The notes under the pieces are model-generated. The model saw nothing but the letters and a program-made list of their open reading frames with translations, had not been told where the DNA came from and ran no database searches. Both the position numbers and the translations under genes were made by a program. Shown here one piece after another: positions 1-12,869 of a stretch of 64,000 bases of DNA; within the stretch, counting starts at the first letter, position 1, and each line of letters starts with the position of its first letter. This DNA is from Eukaryota sp. GEM-RC1. Its lineage: Eukaryota. The DNA is taken from NCBI GenBank assembly GCA_040285855.1, contig JAUFOQ010000017.1, positions 620,001 through 684,000 on the forward strand, written 5' to 3'.

Positions 1-188
1 ATCCTCAACCTCCTCCGTCGAGGCCTGTCAGGGACAAGAGAGGGTTCCAACCCCAACCTATTATTCCCGTCCAAGGATTTTATCCTGTCAGGTCCACTAA
101 GACGGGTTCCTCAGAGTTATTCCAGGCCCCTCCTGGACCTTTTCAACAAGGGTTAACAGAAGAGGAACTAAAACGAGTAGAACATCGT

Positions 189-782
189 ATGTTCCCATCA
201 GATCGCCAAATGGTACATGATTTTCTTCATGGAGTCAAAGATAGAACGGACTACCTAAGAAACCGCTATCCTAGACCAGCTCAGGCAGCCATAAGACTGA
301 TAAGGAGACAATTTAACGACGAAGTTATGCCGCTTGAAGGAACTTACACCATCCTTGATGACCGAGGAAGACCCCATACTATCCTGATGGACCCTAGTAT
401 ACCGGAAACCATGATTCCTGTTAAAAAATGCTGGGAAAAGGTCCAGGAAGTATTGACAGGTCGAACTTTCGAAAAGTCGAATTCGGACAAAAGAATTCGC
501 TCATCAGATCACATCTCCTCTCAGCTTCCCGAAGCCATCCAGAGCACCACAACCCCGACTGATGAAGTGGTTATCCAACCCACAGCATTGAAATACCGAG
601 CTCGAGTGGAATATGAAGAAGAACTCGCTCGTAGAGCAAATGCAAATCCGAAGTCTAAAGTGAAAGAAATTTCCGAATTTTATCAATCACCTTCCGATCA
701 ATCAAACCCACCAACTGATGTCCACCAGCTTGGTCTCTCCTTGAGTGACCTTAGCACGACATCAACCTCCCCCTTCAACTGA
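189..782 (+). CDS. Probable N-terminal part of Gag, or an upstream ORF, of the gypsy element
   Basis: 197-aa ORF with the same composition as the element; it overlaps the gag-pol ORF in another frame near C-runs at about 770-797. Confidence 0.5.
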   Translation: MFPSDRQMVHDFLHGVKDRTDYLRNRYPRPAQAAIRLIRRQFNDEVMPLEGTYTILDDRGRPHTILMDPSIPETMIPVKKCWEKVQEVLTGRTFEKSNSDKRIRSSDHISSQLPEAIQSTTTPTDEVVIQPTALKYRARVEYEEELARRANANPKSKVKEISEFYQSPSDQSNPPTDVHQLGLSLSDLSTTSTSPFN

Positions 783-3700
783 CCTCCTTCCCCCCCTGGC
801 TCCGTCAGCATCCAATTCGGTTGTGGAACAACGTTCCCCAATGTCCCATAGTGTTGTCACTTTCCAACAGAAAGTCCCCCTCGACTCTATGAAGAACTCC
901 AAGCTTCAACCCAAGATGCTTTCGAGTTTGAAACCACACGACATCATTGAATTTGCTCAAGACTTCCTTCAATGGAGCGTGATGGACCCTAACCACAAAA
1001 CACCGGTAGGGGCTCCATTCGGATGGCCAAGACATTTTTTCGACTTCAGTCGAACTGCTGCAGCACACGCTGATCCTTCTTACATCCAACGCTTCGTAAA
1101 GTTCGACTTACAGACCCAGCTGTCTATGCAAAAGGAGTGGGATGGTAAGAACCCTCTCACCCTATGGTTAGCTCTCCTCAAGCGTACTCAGTTCCCAGAC
1201 GAGACCACTGCTTTAAATGAGCTGAACAAGATCAAGATGAAGTGGTCCATCACAGACCCTGAAGAGCGATGGAGTGATTTCATATCACGGTTGCACCGCG
1301 TTCTACAAAGAACCCAGGCCATAAAGCCGAAGAATAAGCCAATGACTGCGTTACCAGACAAAGCCATTGTTAAAGCTATTCTTTCGAACATAGGCATCGT
1401 ATCCATCTGGATCGAATGTTGGCCTCTCTACCAAGACTCTCCAGATATCCAAGGATTAATATCCGATGTCAAAGAACGTTATGACACTTGGTGCGAGAGA
1501 TGGAAATCTGCTCCAGCCAACGTGCAGAACGAACAACGAATTGCCGAGATAGCTCATCTTAGAGATACAGCTACTTGGGAAGACCTCCCCAAATCTTGGA
1601 CTTCTCGCCCCCTCATCCCGGTTCAGTCTAGTGAACCCGGTAGATCTCGTAGATCGGCATCCAGCTCCAAGCCACCCTCGAAGAAGCCTCGATCTGAAGA
1701 GAAAGACCCTGACGCCTGTAGATTTTGTGGCGAAAAGGGCCATTCCATCCTCCAATGTCCGGATCCCGAATGTAAACGTAGTGAGCTTCCTTTAGAGCAA
1801 CGTAAGGCCAAGAGTTCCACCTCAAAACCATCTCGTAGTCATAGCAAGAAACACTCGTCCCATAAAAAATCTAAATATTTCAATGCAAATTCAGCACATA
1901 TTAACAGCCTTGTAGATATAGCTGATAACATCACATCTAGTCAATCAAATCCCAGTTTGATTGAAACCAATCAATTCTTAAATCCATTGAGCAACATCAG
2001 TTCTGCCAATGGTAATACGAACTCACAAAGCCTGAATTCCATATTCAGCATAAGTAGTCAGAACCCACTCCCTCTTCTCAGCTGCAAACTGATGATTAAC
2101 GGAATTCCGGTTCAAGGTTTTTGGGACAGTGGAGCAACCATGTCCGTCATCACACAAGACCTGGCTACGAAGTGTAACATGACGCCCGTCAACAAAAATG
2201 TTCGCTTCACATCTGCAAACAATGTTGAGTCCCGGTCCTTGGGTAGCGCCCAGGGCATCTTGACCTTCGACACCAGTAGCATCGCGTACCTAACACATGT
2301 GGATAAGACGTTACCAATAATACCAGGATCCAACAAACTATTATTGGGAATCGATCTGATGAAACAGTTAGGACTACTGACCGAAGACGGACTAGTCATC
2401 CGGATTGACAAGGCCATCCTGGCCACCGTGAACGACGAGTCTGAGTTCGACTCACGTATCATACAACCTCCCCGTAGCCATTCCATTGATAACATTGTAG
2501 ACTTTAATAAACATGTATTCGATTCAGGTTGCACTATCAAACTAGATGATGATAACAGAGCTAAGAGCTTATTGAGCCTGCTTCAGGAGTTTTCCTCAAT
2601 ATTTTCGACAGCTCCTCACAAAGATGGCATCGATTGTCCTCCCATGGCGATCGACTTCTACAATGAAGAGTCCACTGTGAGACGGAAACCTCGACGGCTC
2701 AATCCAATGAAACAACGGATTGCCGAAGAGATTTTTGATGAACTTGTCCGACAGGACTTTGCTGAGTTAACAACTCCCAACGGACAGTTCAGTTCACCGG
2801 TAGTACTGGTGGTCTATCCCGATCAACGTAAGCCCCGCCTTACGGGAGACTTCAGTGGTTCCGATGGAATCAACGCATTGACCCGAGTTGTCGAACCGAA
2901 TCTTCCAAAGATCATCGACATCTTGGAATTTCTGAGCGAAGCTAACTTCATAGCGACCTTGGATCTTCCGAAAGCCTTCTGGCAATTGAACCTCGCAGAA
3001 AAGGACAGAGACAAGACAACTCTAGTAATCCCTGGCAAAGCCATCCGATTTAAAAGAGCTTGTTTTGGACTCAAGAACGTCCCTGCGATATTTCAAAATT
3101 TGATGTATGAAATATTCGACCATGAGGGCATATTCATTTACATCGATGACATCATCATAGTAGGCCGTACATTCGAAGAATTTATGAAACGAATACGATT
3201 CGTTCTGACTAAAGCATTAACACGTAGAGTCAACCTTGGCCTACCCAAATGCAATTTTGTGACAAAGAAACACCCACTAAAGATCTTGGGCAGTAAGTTC
3301 GTTAACAATACACGCAGTATTGACCCGTCGCGTATCACAGCTCTCCTAGAGTTGCCCGTACCAACAACAATCAAAGAAGTTCGTAGCTTCGTGGGTTCGA
3401 TTAACTACATAAAAGACTTTTATTCCAGGTGCGTCAGATCTTCTGGCTCCAATCATAAACTTAGTCAAGAACAACGCTCGTTCAGTAAAATGGACACCTC
3501 TCCATCAATCTAATTTCGAGACAATCAGAAAGAAGATCATCAATCACATGCCTCTCAGTCTTCCAGACAGGGATCAACGCGTGCTGATTAGCGCAGACGC
3601 CAGTGATATCGCTGTAGGTGGTGTCATTTGGCAAGAAATACCTCCTAACGCACAAGATGGAACTCCTTTGAACAACAGGAAAGTTATCCCACTAGCTTTC

Positions 3701-5671
3701 TACAGCAAACTCCTAACGGAATCTCAACAAAACTGGGCAACAATTCAGAAAGAGTTGTACGCTATCGTTCTGATCCTAACAGAATCCCCCATGTCATCAT
3801 TCCTCCTAAGCAGGGACCTAACCATCTTTACAGATCATAGAAACCTCGCTTTCCTCATCTCAGCACCCGAGAAAAACAGAGTAGTCAAGCGTTGGATACC
3901 CATCCTAAGCGAATTCCAATTCTCGGTGATACACACCATTGGAGAAGACAACCACTGGGCAGACATGTTATCCCGAAACATCGATACCTCTCAACCCGAA
4001 AACATAAACCTAGTCACATCTTGCCCCGAGCCGATGTTCTCTAGAGTCGATGGACTATGTCGTACTGATGACGATATGGAATATCAATCACTGACCTCCG
4101 AGTCAATCAACATGATTAGTGAACCATCAATTAGTGAACCATTAATCAACAAGTCAAAAATCTTTGACGCTTGGCTATCGAAGATACGCTCCACACAAGT
4201 AGAAGCCAAGAACAACAACGACGTACTGTTTCAGCATCCCACTGCTGTATACAACGACGAGCTCCAGCTATTCCTAAATAGCGATGGTAAGATCCTCATC
4301 CCTATGAGTCTTCGGAATACCACGATGAACCACATCCACGGTTTTCCTCACGCAGGCCACCCTAGCCTAAGAGTCAGCATTGATCGGCTAAACTCTAGTG
4401 ACTATTTCTGGCCTAAGATGGCCAAAGATATGAAGAAACACTGCATGCAATGTCCAGCTTGTCAAAAGACAGCTCCCCTTGCTAAACTCAAAATCAAACC
4501 ATCAGGTAACCTTTGGGCAGACAAACCATTTGCCAAAATGAATGCTGATACCATTGGACCTTTGCCGACAGACACCTCCGGGAACTGTCACCTTCTTGTA
4601 TTCATAGACTCGTTTACCCGTTATACAGTCTTATGTCCCTTGAAGGAGCTCAATGCCCAAGAAACCGCTCATGCACTAGTGTGTAATGTATGTGCAATCT
4701 TTGGTATACCCCATCTGATTCATAGCGATAATGGCAAGGAGTTTGCCAACCATGTCTTTAATGGCGTGTGTCAGGCTTTCGATATCGATACGGAGAAATC
4801 CATCCCCAGTTTTTCGCAAAGCAACGGATTAGTGGAACGTCGCCACAGAGACATCCTGCAGTCACTAAGAAAGATGCTTATCGATTTTAATGATTACGAC
4901 AACTGGTCCAAGTACATTCCAATTGTACAACTATTAGTTAACACAACTAAGAGTAGAGTGACAGGCTTCACCCCATACCAGCTCATGTTTGGATCAGCCA
5001 CCAGCCCTGGTAGCGACCCTAGCAAGATCCTAGCTTGTCTCTCGCAGGAAAGCCAATCAGAGGATTCCTTCCTGGCAGATTATCAATCTAAAATTCAAAG
5101 AATTTTGAAAAACCGGGAAGAGGCAGAGATCAACCAATCTTCCACTCAACCCGTGATAACTGCCGAACCAACCTCGTCGTCCCGGTACTCGAGTGGAGAC
5201 TTAGTCCTCAAGACTAACTCCAAAACTAAGAAGCTTCACGGCAAGCTCGAAGGTCCTTTCCTGGTCATCGACACGCCCACCGCAAGTTCTCTTACCTTAC
5301 AGAACATTATCACTGGACATCAGTTCAAATCAAGTGTTCACCAATGTAAGAAATACCTCACTGACAAACACCCGTCTGATGAGTTCCACAAAGCAGTCGC
5401 ATCCTGTGACTCTGAGGAAATGATCGTGATTAAGGTGCTATCCCAATCCGACTCACCCTCCGGACCTGTTTGTTCAGTCGTCTGGTTCGATGGTGACACC
5501 ACCGAGGTACCTTTGGATCAAATAAAGAATACGAAAGCCTATTCTGAGTTTATTAAATCTAATCCCTCATATAAGCCGTCTACTAGAAAGAAACGAAGTG
5601 TTCAGGGTAGTACCAGCCGTGCCTCTCCACCTGCCAAGAGGACCAGGTCCTCGAGAAAGGGGAAAAAGTAG
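745..5671 (+). CDS. Gag-Pol polyprotein (zinc knuckle, aspartic protease, RT, RNase H, integrase, chromodomain-like C-terminus); one frameshift at about 3420
   Basis: CRFCGEKGHSILQC (CCHC); FWDSGA (protease); LDLPKAFWQ, FGLKNVP and YIDD (RT); DASD, ELYAI, TDH and ADMLSR (RNase H); HGFPHAGH...CPAC, NADTIG, HSDNG and VERRH (integrase); EGPF; KVLS...VVWFDG..TEVP (chromo-like). Split between ORFs 745-3513 and 3548-5671 by an extra T in a T-run. Confidence 0.95.
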
Positions 5672-5810
5672 TGTTAGTACTGGTACAGTACCCTTAAAAT
5701 AAATTTACTTTACCTTCTCCCATGTCTACAGACAACAGGGAGTAGCATTGGAGCAAACAGTTTTGACAACACATACAACTCGAGCTCCATTAGCCAACAC
5801 TTGTGTTTCA

Positions 5811-6184
5811 CACTCTTCTAAGCTATGTTCGGAGTCACTTCAACACGTGTTGAATGGGGTTTTTGAGAAGTTCAACACGTGTTGGACATGTCATTCTTCT
5901 TTGTCACTTCAATGAATTTGGGTAAATTTCTACTGTTCTTGATAAAACTATATTGATAAAAGGTAGAAAATTAAAGTTTACTCCAAAGTTTACTTAAATG
6001 TATGGATTATTGATGAGCTCTTCATGTTATCAGTTCTGGAATCGTTGAAAATCAGTTCTAATTTATCAACTTGATTCGGGAATAACATGAGTCAAAAAAT
6101 AGATGTATTTTTCTGATGGTTGATCTTAAAGTGAGTTATTCTGTGTTTCTGCTCATGTTGAACCGAACATAGCTTCTAAGAAAG
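5811..6184. mobile_element. Degenerate MITE-like element
   Basis: 13-bp inverted repeat AAGCTATGTTCGG (5820) / CCGAACATAGCTT (6163); internal palindrome TTCAACACGTGTTGAA; begins CACTCTTC like the MITE at 38566. No clear TSD. Confidence 0.4.
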
Positions 6185-6270
6185 TCTTCATATGTGATGA
6201 ACATGACTCTCAAATTTAATAGCCTTATCACATACCTGCTTTTCCACTCCGTTTGCAGCCAGAAATATTC

Positions 6271-8716
6271 ATGTCTGACTCCACACAACATATCGAGCAT
6301 TCTTGTGAAGGTTCTCCCAAGTCAGAAGAAATGAGTGAGAAACCCTCAAGTGGACAGTCTGTCTGTTATGAGTGTGAGACAGCTCCCGTGTCCGTCTTTT
6401 GCTCTGAATGTGGCTTCTCTTATTGTCGTCAGTGTTCTGACGATCTTCATGACAACAATACTAATCGTTCTCACAAAATAACATCTCTGGACACAGTAAA
6501 TCCCAGATCTCTGCCATCAGCTACCATTTCTAGAGCTCCTTTGCCTGCCGATCCTCTTATGAAATCGCCATATGTTGCTAATGCGGCTTTCAATGAACTT
6601 ATAAGTCGTATTACCGAGTTACAAATCAACTTTTCCTTGCATAAGTACCATTCTAATGTTCTTCCATTAATTGGTTCCACTGGAGTAGGTATGATGCTTT
6701 CTCTCTTTTAACTGTAGGAAAAACTCGAACCGTCATTCAACTCACCCGAACCTATCCTTTTGACGACACTGTTTGTTTTTATGCTGCTTTTCCAAGACTT
6801 CAGAATGGTAAAGAGTTAAGTTCTTGGCCCGTATCCACTCATCTTCTAATCACTTGGATGACTGATATTCTCTGTGTAGATTGTCCCCTTGGTCCTTGTG
6901 TTATGTCTGTTGTGCTGTGCCAGATACTGGCACTGTCTATCTTTAAAATGACTATTGTTTCAACATCTGATGATTCAGGTGAATCATGGCTGGATTATCA
7001 CATCACTATCGTGGGCCATTGTCGTGATTTGTTTAGTAAACTTAAGGAAAGTAAGTGTTGGAATCCATCAGACTTTTCTATTGATACAGTTACTAAGTAT
7101 TTAGTTGAAAGATGTGATTTGCCTGAATTTCCCAAATTTATCCTCTTTCTCGACGAAGTTGGCACTCTAATCTCACATGAAGTGACTGTTTTTCCCAAAG
7201 GTTGGAATCTTTATCAAGCTTTAAGACACGCTGCTAGAAACTTGTTTTCTGCATTCATACTGAAACACAAATCGTTTCTCATTGTAGTTTCGGGAACTCA
7301 CACGTCTCTGTCAAGTATTTACCATTTTCCAGTTAGAAGCTCTTTTAACCGTCCTGACGCTCTAGCCCCTTATGTATCCTCCATGGTTAAAACTGGACGA
7401 ACAATTCCTCCTTTAATCGTAAATCCTCAACAGTATAATCCAAATCAAATTATTACTGAAGATAAGACACCAAAAGCATTTAAATATTATTACTCGGGTG
7501 AATACGCTTTTGTTGCTCCTGGTCTATCTCTATCACTTGTTCTTTCATTGAGACCACTTTGGATTAGTTATTTTGTCTCTAATCCTACTTCATTTCTTGA
7601 TGATGTACAAGGAAAAGTGTGGGGAGCATTGAATTTAGTTTCCCAGAAGTTTAGTAATATCTCTCAGGGAACTATAGTTGCTGCACTGTTGTTAATCTTT
7701 GGATCGATTACTGCTGTTCCTGAAAGTGTGTTAAGTCTATTGATCGATTCTTCCTTTGGTAATTTGGAATGCAAATCCTTCACTTCACCTCATCCACACT
7801 TAGTTGGAGGTCAACGGTCTGATCTTCTCTTTTCACCTCTCCCTACAATTGATCCTTTAGTTTATTCTTTTGTTGGTCCGAAATTGTAAAATGGTGCATT
7901 GAATTCAACTCTTTTGATGAAAAGTTAGAAACTGTTGTCAAGTTGTTTTTGTTTAGTGGAATGGATCGAGGAGCTGTAGATCTACTTTTCAAAACAGCAA
8001 CTTCTTGCATCTTTCTATTCTTTCTTGAAAAGGTGCGACCAGAAATTCTTCATCCTCCATTTGGAACTACACGATTAGGTGGTGTTTCCCTTAAAAACTT
8101 GTTTACTTCAAAAATTGATAATTCAAAGAAGCAGTGTTTTACTTGTTTACAAGTTTGTAGTGTCACTGATGGTCAACTGCAAGAAGATCTTGATCAATGG
8201 TTTGTTAATTGCAACAGCATTGTCCCTTTTCCTCTTGACTGGGATGGTCATGATGCTGAGGTGTTAAAGGAAAGTAATGAAGATTCTGAGATTGTCAACA
8301 ATTTCAAGAAGGTTTTAGAAAAAGCTTGGTGTCTTCGTCATTTATTAATGATGCCTTCGAGTTGGTCTGACGTAGATCTGATGATTCCAATGAAAAACAA
8401 TAATGGAAAGATTGGTATGTTGAAGTGTCAGGTTAAATCTCATGCTTTTGGAATGATGTCTAGTTGCGTAGAATTTCAAGTTGCTGGTATTCCATCAATC
8501 TCTGTTGGATGTAGTAGAAAGCCTGTTCCGAGTTCTTGGTTAAAATCTACATCATTAAAGGAACAATTGGGACTACAAGAAGTTAATAATATGGATTATC
8601 ATCAGGTTTTTTTGTTGAATTCTTTTCATTTAACTCATTTGGAGTCTATTTTTAACAAAGCGTATACTCCACACAATGTTTATGAAAACGTCTCCCTTTT
8701 CAATTGTTTAGATTAG
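6271..8716 (+). CDS. B-box zinc finger + P-loop NTPase + PD-(D/E)xK nuclease-like protein (Crinkler/CR-effector-like); 29-nt intron at 6689-6717; frameshift at about 7870
   Basis: CYECETAPVSVFCSECGFSYCRQCSDDLH..H (B-box). Splicing restores Walker A GSTGVGKT. Walker B ILFLDE. C-terminal DVDLMIP...KCQVK resembles a restriction-endonuclease-fold motif. Confidence 0.75.
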
Positions 8717-9023
8717 AGTTGTTCAATACAGTGTTTTAGCTACGTGAGTCATCACTGTTGATTCAACGGACCATTAAAGAATGACAGTCCTTGTGTTCCT
8801 ATCTAAAGTATTCAATCATTTTTCAATTGTTGAATAGGGTAGGATTATTTAACTTTTACCAATTTCATTGGAACTAGGGGTGGCAATATGGACAGTTTTT
8901 AGATTTTTTACAATGTGACAGTTTTGTAACACATTGGGTTTTTGTACTGTTTCTACACAAAAAATGAGAAGTTTTTCGATAAAAAATTCTTTCCGAATCC
9001 AAGCAAAAATTCAAGTTGTAAAC

Positions 9024-9808
9024 CATACTCGGGTATCACACTTTTTTGTGATGTGTTATTTGTGAGTGATTATTATATATACTGCAAAAAGTAACTCACT
9101 GAAAGTAGAGCTTTTGCAACGATGGGGAGAGGTGTTGTACAAATAGTATAAACTATAATAACATAAGATCAAAACGGTTGTTCACTCTCTTTTTACAGTT
9201 TTTTCGACGTCATTTAGAAAATTGAGTCAACTTTATCCAAGACGGTCGTAAATTGATACGGTTAAAGAACACGTTTCACATGATTCAGATTCATCAATGG
9301 TTTTTTGTACTTATCTTGTGTTTCCACAACTACATTGATCAATAGACCATTTACAGTACCTGTAGGATTAAAAAAAACGGGGTTTATGATCAGTCAGTGA
9401 AATAAATGCATTTGCAGAAGTTAATAACTAACAGACACTAACTAAAGTATCTAAACTATGATACTTCTGTCCATCACCGAACAACTTACCTGTGATATTT
9501 GATTTGATTAATTAATGCTACTGTACGTTAGACCTCTCATTAAAATAAGGTGAATAACTTGCGACTTCTGGATACAGTCAACTCTGTTCCTCAATCACAA
9601 TCTATAATTAGAAGGCAGTTCCACATTTCAAAAGCCCTCATATCTATCACACAAAATACTTCAAGTTTGTTTACAGATGGTTGTATTCAGTAAGATCAGT
9701 ATTTTCTGTGATATACCTCAAACATCACACTACGATGTGATGTTGTGATGTGGTATGTGTGAATCACAGGTATCACAAAATGCAAAAAAAGTGTGATGCC
9801 CAAGTTTG
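9024..9808. mobile_element. hAT-type non-autonomous element (MITE)
   Basis: TIRs CATACTCGGGTATCACACTTTTTT / CAAACTTGGGCATCACACTTTTTT (reverse complement); 8-bp TSD TTGTAAAC at 9016-9023 and 9809-9816. Confidence 0.85.
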
Positions 9809-10089
9809 TTGTAAACGTTCTTTTCGATTGTTGGTGGGATATCCCTGAAATTCTTTCGACTGATGGAGACTTAGTGTGAGAAAAACAATATCTGGTTTCT
9901 GTTGGTCCATTTTTTCATACTACATGTACGATTGCCGTAATCACGATCCTTGAAACCACTTTAACTCTACATCACCTTAATTTCTCCCTTGTATATATTG
10001 TAAACCTCAAATTTCGTGGTTAATTGATTGTTATTATAGACAAATCTCTAGTTGATATTTGCGGACTCATATAAGAATGGATTTAAAAT

Positions 10090-10250
10090 AGAATCAATAA
10101 AATAAAACATCGCTGTACAAAAGATCAAAGGCTATGTGTACCCAACCTTCATCTCCAAGAACTTTCCCACCGATGCCCAAATTTATTATGTCAATTAGCA
10201 ATAAGTTGATAAAAATCAGTTGGGCTGCTGACCACGCATTTTATGTCTCT
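10090..10250 (-). mobile_element. Short 3' remnant of an RLE-type non-LTR retrotransposon
   Basis: Shares TGTACCCAACCTTC (GRLGT* on the minus strand) with the end of the fragment at 24832. Confidence 0.4.
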
Positions 10251-10707
10251 TTTTAATCTGTTTTTATTTTGATATTTACTGTTATATTTTTCCTCTTCAA
10301 ACTAATTTTTTCTAAATACAGTGTATCGAAAGAATGAAATTACACAATACTTAATTATGCATATTTTAATTCTAGGTTTGCCTTTGCGACACAGCTGTGC
10401 AACCGTTACACTGCTTGTTATTTCGCAACAATATTCAAGATGATTGATCTAGATTCTTCATTATATCAGTTTTCGGCAACACAACAAATTCATCAAGGAC
10501 ATTCAGTACTATTGCAACCATAAAAGTACAAACCGTTCATAAAAAATGTATCAAATATACAACACAAGTGAGGATTAAGAGACTGAAAGGGCATACTCTG
10601 AATCTAAGAATTCTGCAGACTCAAAGTTCAAATGAGCATTTTTCTCTGCAGAACTGGTAGAAATCAGATATAGAATCATCAATTTTGGTAAATTAGTTAC
10701 TTTTTCT

Positions 10708-11403
10708 CACCTTTTGAGTTGTAATCGTTTCATTACTTATAGAACTTGTATTCATGATGCTGTTAGAGATCAAATTCATGCCATGTGTAAGTCCTACAAA
10801 ATCGAATCTTTCGTTGAGCCACTGTTGAGGTCACTGGAAATCAATAATTCAAAAAATAGTGATTCTGATAAGACTTTTGGTAAAAGAAGGGCTGATATCA
10901 TAGTTCCATCAGTCAACGATGAACTAACCGTTGTTGATGTGATTACTGTGGATGTTTGCAAAAAAAGTGCTTTCAAGGATGCTAAAAATGAAGTTTCTCC
11001 ACTGAATTCTTCAGAACAATACAAGAGAAACAAATATGATGAACCACTGACTGCTCTCAAACATATTAGACATGTTGAGTACAAATTATGTCCTTTTGCA
11101 ATTTCAATTTATGGCCGACTTGGTGGAGATGCTCTTTGTTTTCTCTCCGATTTTGAGAAAGTGGTTAAAAAAGAATGAACAAGAAATTTGATTTCAAATT
11201 TTGGTTGAATCGTATTGTTTTTACAAAATTTAAAACAATTCCTATCATGATTTCAAAAGCTCTATTAGCTCTCAGTGTTTTTTATGAAGAAAAAGCTGAT
11301 GTGAGTTTTAATGGCAATGATTGTTGCTTTAATGATATTGAGTTCTAGTATTTGTGTTTATTTTAGTGTTTTTGTTCTATAAAAGAATTTCTGTAAAAAA
11401 AAA
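10708..11403 (+). mobile_element. 5'-truncated RLE-type (CRE/NeSL-like) non-LTR retrotransposon with poly(A) tail
   Basis: HLLSC...RTCIHDAVRD, EP, RADIIV, VDVITVD, KRNKY and PFAISIYGRLG form a CCHC/RHD-like + restriction-like endonuclease domain; A-run at 11395-11403. Confidence 0.85.
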
Positions 11404-11804
11404 GAATCTGCAATTTATGTTTGAATTGGTAATGACCTATACAACATCGTACTTACAAGGATCAGTAGGACAGAAAACTTATGGTTCAAATTTTGACATA
11501 CCATTCAATGCACATTATTCAACTCAAAAATGCACTTTCATGAGTAGGTGTTTCGCACTGAGAACTTATGTTTGGAAAGAAGTCAAGCATTACTCAATTA
11601 AAAGACAATCCGGTTGGTAAAAACATAAGCAGTAGAGAGAACAAGTAATTGATTGTAAAGATTCTGAAATCAGTTTTGATCTATTTGAATATCCTGAAAG
11701 AAATACTGGTAGACACTTTCAAAACAAGTTGCAAAAGCATCTTTCAATCTCAAATGGTCACCCATATAGTTGTTATCTCATGCATTTTTGATTACACGGC
11801 TTGT

Positions 11805-12120
11805 TGGAGTCATAGCTGTCAAATACCATCAACACGTGTCCTACAATACAAATAGACAATAAGACAATAATACAATACTAGTAATACGTGTGTTGAAGCT
11901 TTTCTGTGTTCTTGTAATTGATTGTTTATTACTTGTATTTTTGTGTTTTCGTGTGTAGTTCAATTTATGCCAATGATCTAAGTTGAACTGTGGGAATACT
12001 GATGCTTCAGTTACTACTTTATTGCAGTGTTCCAAAGAGGAAGAATCACTTCCTTTATCTTGGACATTGTACGCTGGTCACAATTAGTCTCACTCACTGG
12101 TACTAATTTTAATGTGACTA
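11805..12120. repeat. Dispersed ~300-bp repeat, copy A (copy B at about 61093-61360)
   Basis: Alignable blocks with copy B, two of which are inverted relative to the rest. Confidence 0.75.
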
Positions 12121-12161
12121 ACATGTACTGTATTTTGTAGGTTGAACAAAATATCATCACC

Positions 12162-12614
12162 ATGGTCTCTTTCATCTGCGGAACTTGTAATGCTACTGTT
12201 AAGAAACCAAAGGTTAAATCTCACCCCTGCAAAAAGGCCATCTTCTCTTGTTTAGATTGTCAAACGGAGTTTGATTTTTCTACCGTTCACCAACATACCC
12301 GATGCATAACAGAAGCGGAAAAGTATCAAGGTAAACTCTATAAGGCAAATAAGCGTACAAGTAGTGCTGCTACCCCTGCCTCATCAACTCCCTCTCAGAA
12401 ACAAGCAAAGACTGCATCACCATCTCCTACAGTTGCTTCTACTGCTGTTACTAGTAATAACCTTGATGCGATGATTGTGTCCATCTTAAAGGAATCATCA
12501 ACTCCTTTGTCTATGAAAGATCTTAGAAAGAAACTTAAACCTCTTATCAAAAGATGTGTTAAGTCTTCTGAGAAACTCCGTTATGATAACGAGATTGTTT
12601 CACTCAAGAAGTAA
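12162..12614 (+). CDS. LYAR-type C2HC zinc-finger nucleolar protein
   Basis: MVSFICGTCNATVKKPKVKSH...FSCLDCQTEF...HTRCITEAEKYQGKLYK is the LYAR N-terminal signature. Confidence 0.9.
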   Translation: MVSFICGTCNATVKKPKVKSHPCKKAIFSCLDCQTEFDFSTVHQHTRCITEAEKYQGKLYKANKRTSSAATPASSTPSQKQAKTASPSPTVASTAVTSNNLDAMIVSILKESSTPLSMKDLRKKLKPLIKRCVKSSEKLRYDNEIVSLKK

Positions 12615-12869
12615 TCGTTCTTTTCGTTGATCAATTGTTAACTTTAACTGTAACATCGATTACACAATTTACCAAAAATATTTTGAGTTATTTTAGTTTA
12701 TTCTGTTTCTGTTCGCGTAGCATTTGGGAAACGTTGATCTATTAGATATGCATGTAGTCTTTATCTTTAGTAAATTTCGGTATTTAATGTAAATCTAGCC
12801 AGTTGATTCACAGTACACCTCAAGAAAAACTGAAGATTGTGTGTATTGATCGATCAAATTTGCTTCCTC

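Larger units (their letters stand above)
1..5799 (+). mobile_element. Ty3/gypsy LTR retrotransposon (chromovirus-like); 5' end lies outside the window, 3' LTR end approximate
   Basis: Domain order Gag-PR-RT-RH-IN. Polypurine tract GAGAAAGGGGAAAAAGTAG (about 5653-5671) is followed directly by TGTTAG at 5672, the likely 3' LTR start. Candidate LTR end ...CCAACA at 5799 is unverified. Confidence 0.92.

Noticed and set aside
8876..8890. hAT-like terminus TAGGGGTGGCAAT
   Set aside because: No matching opposite end or TSD found.
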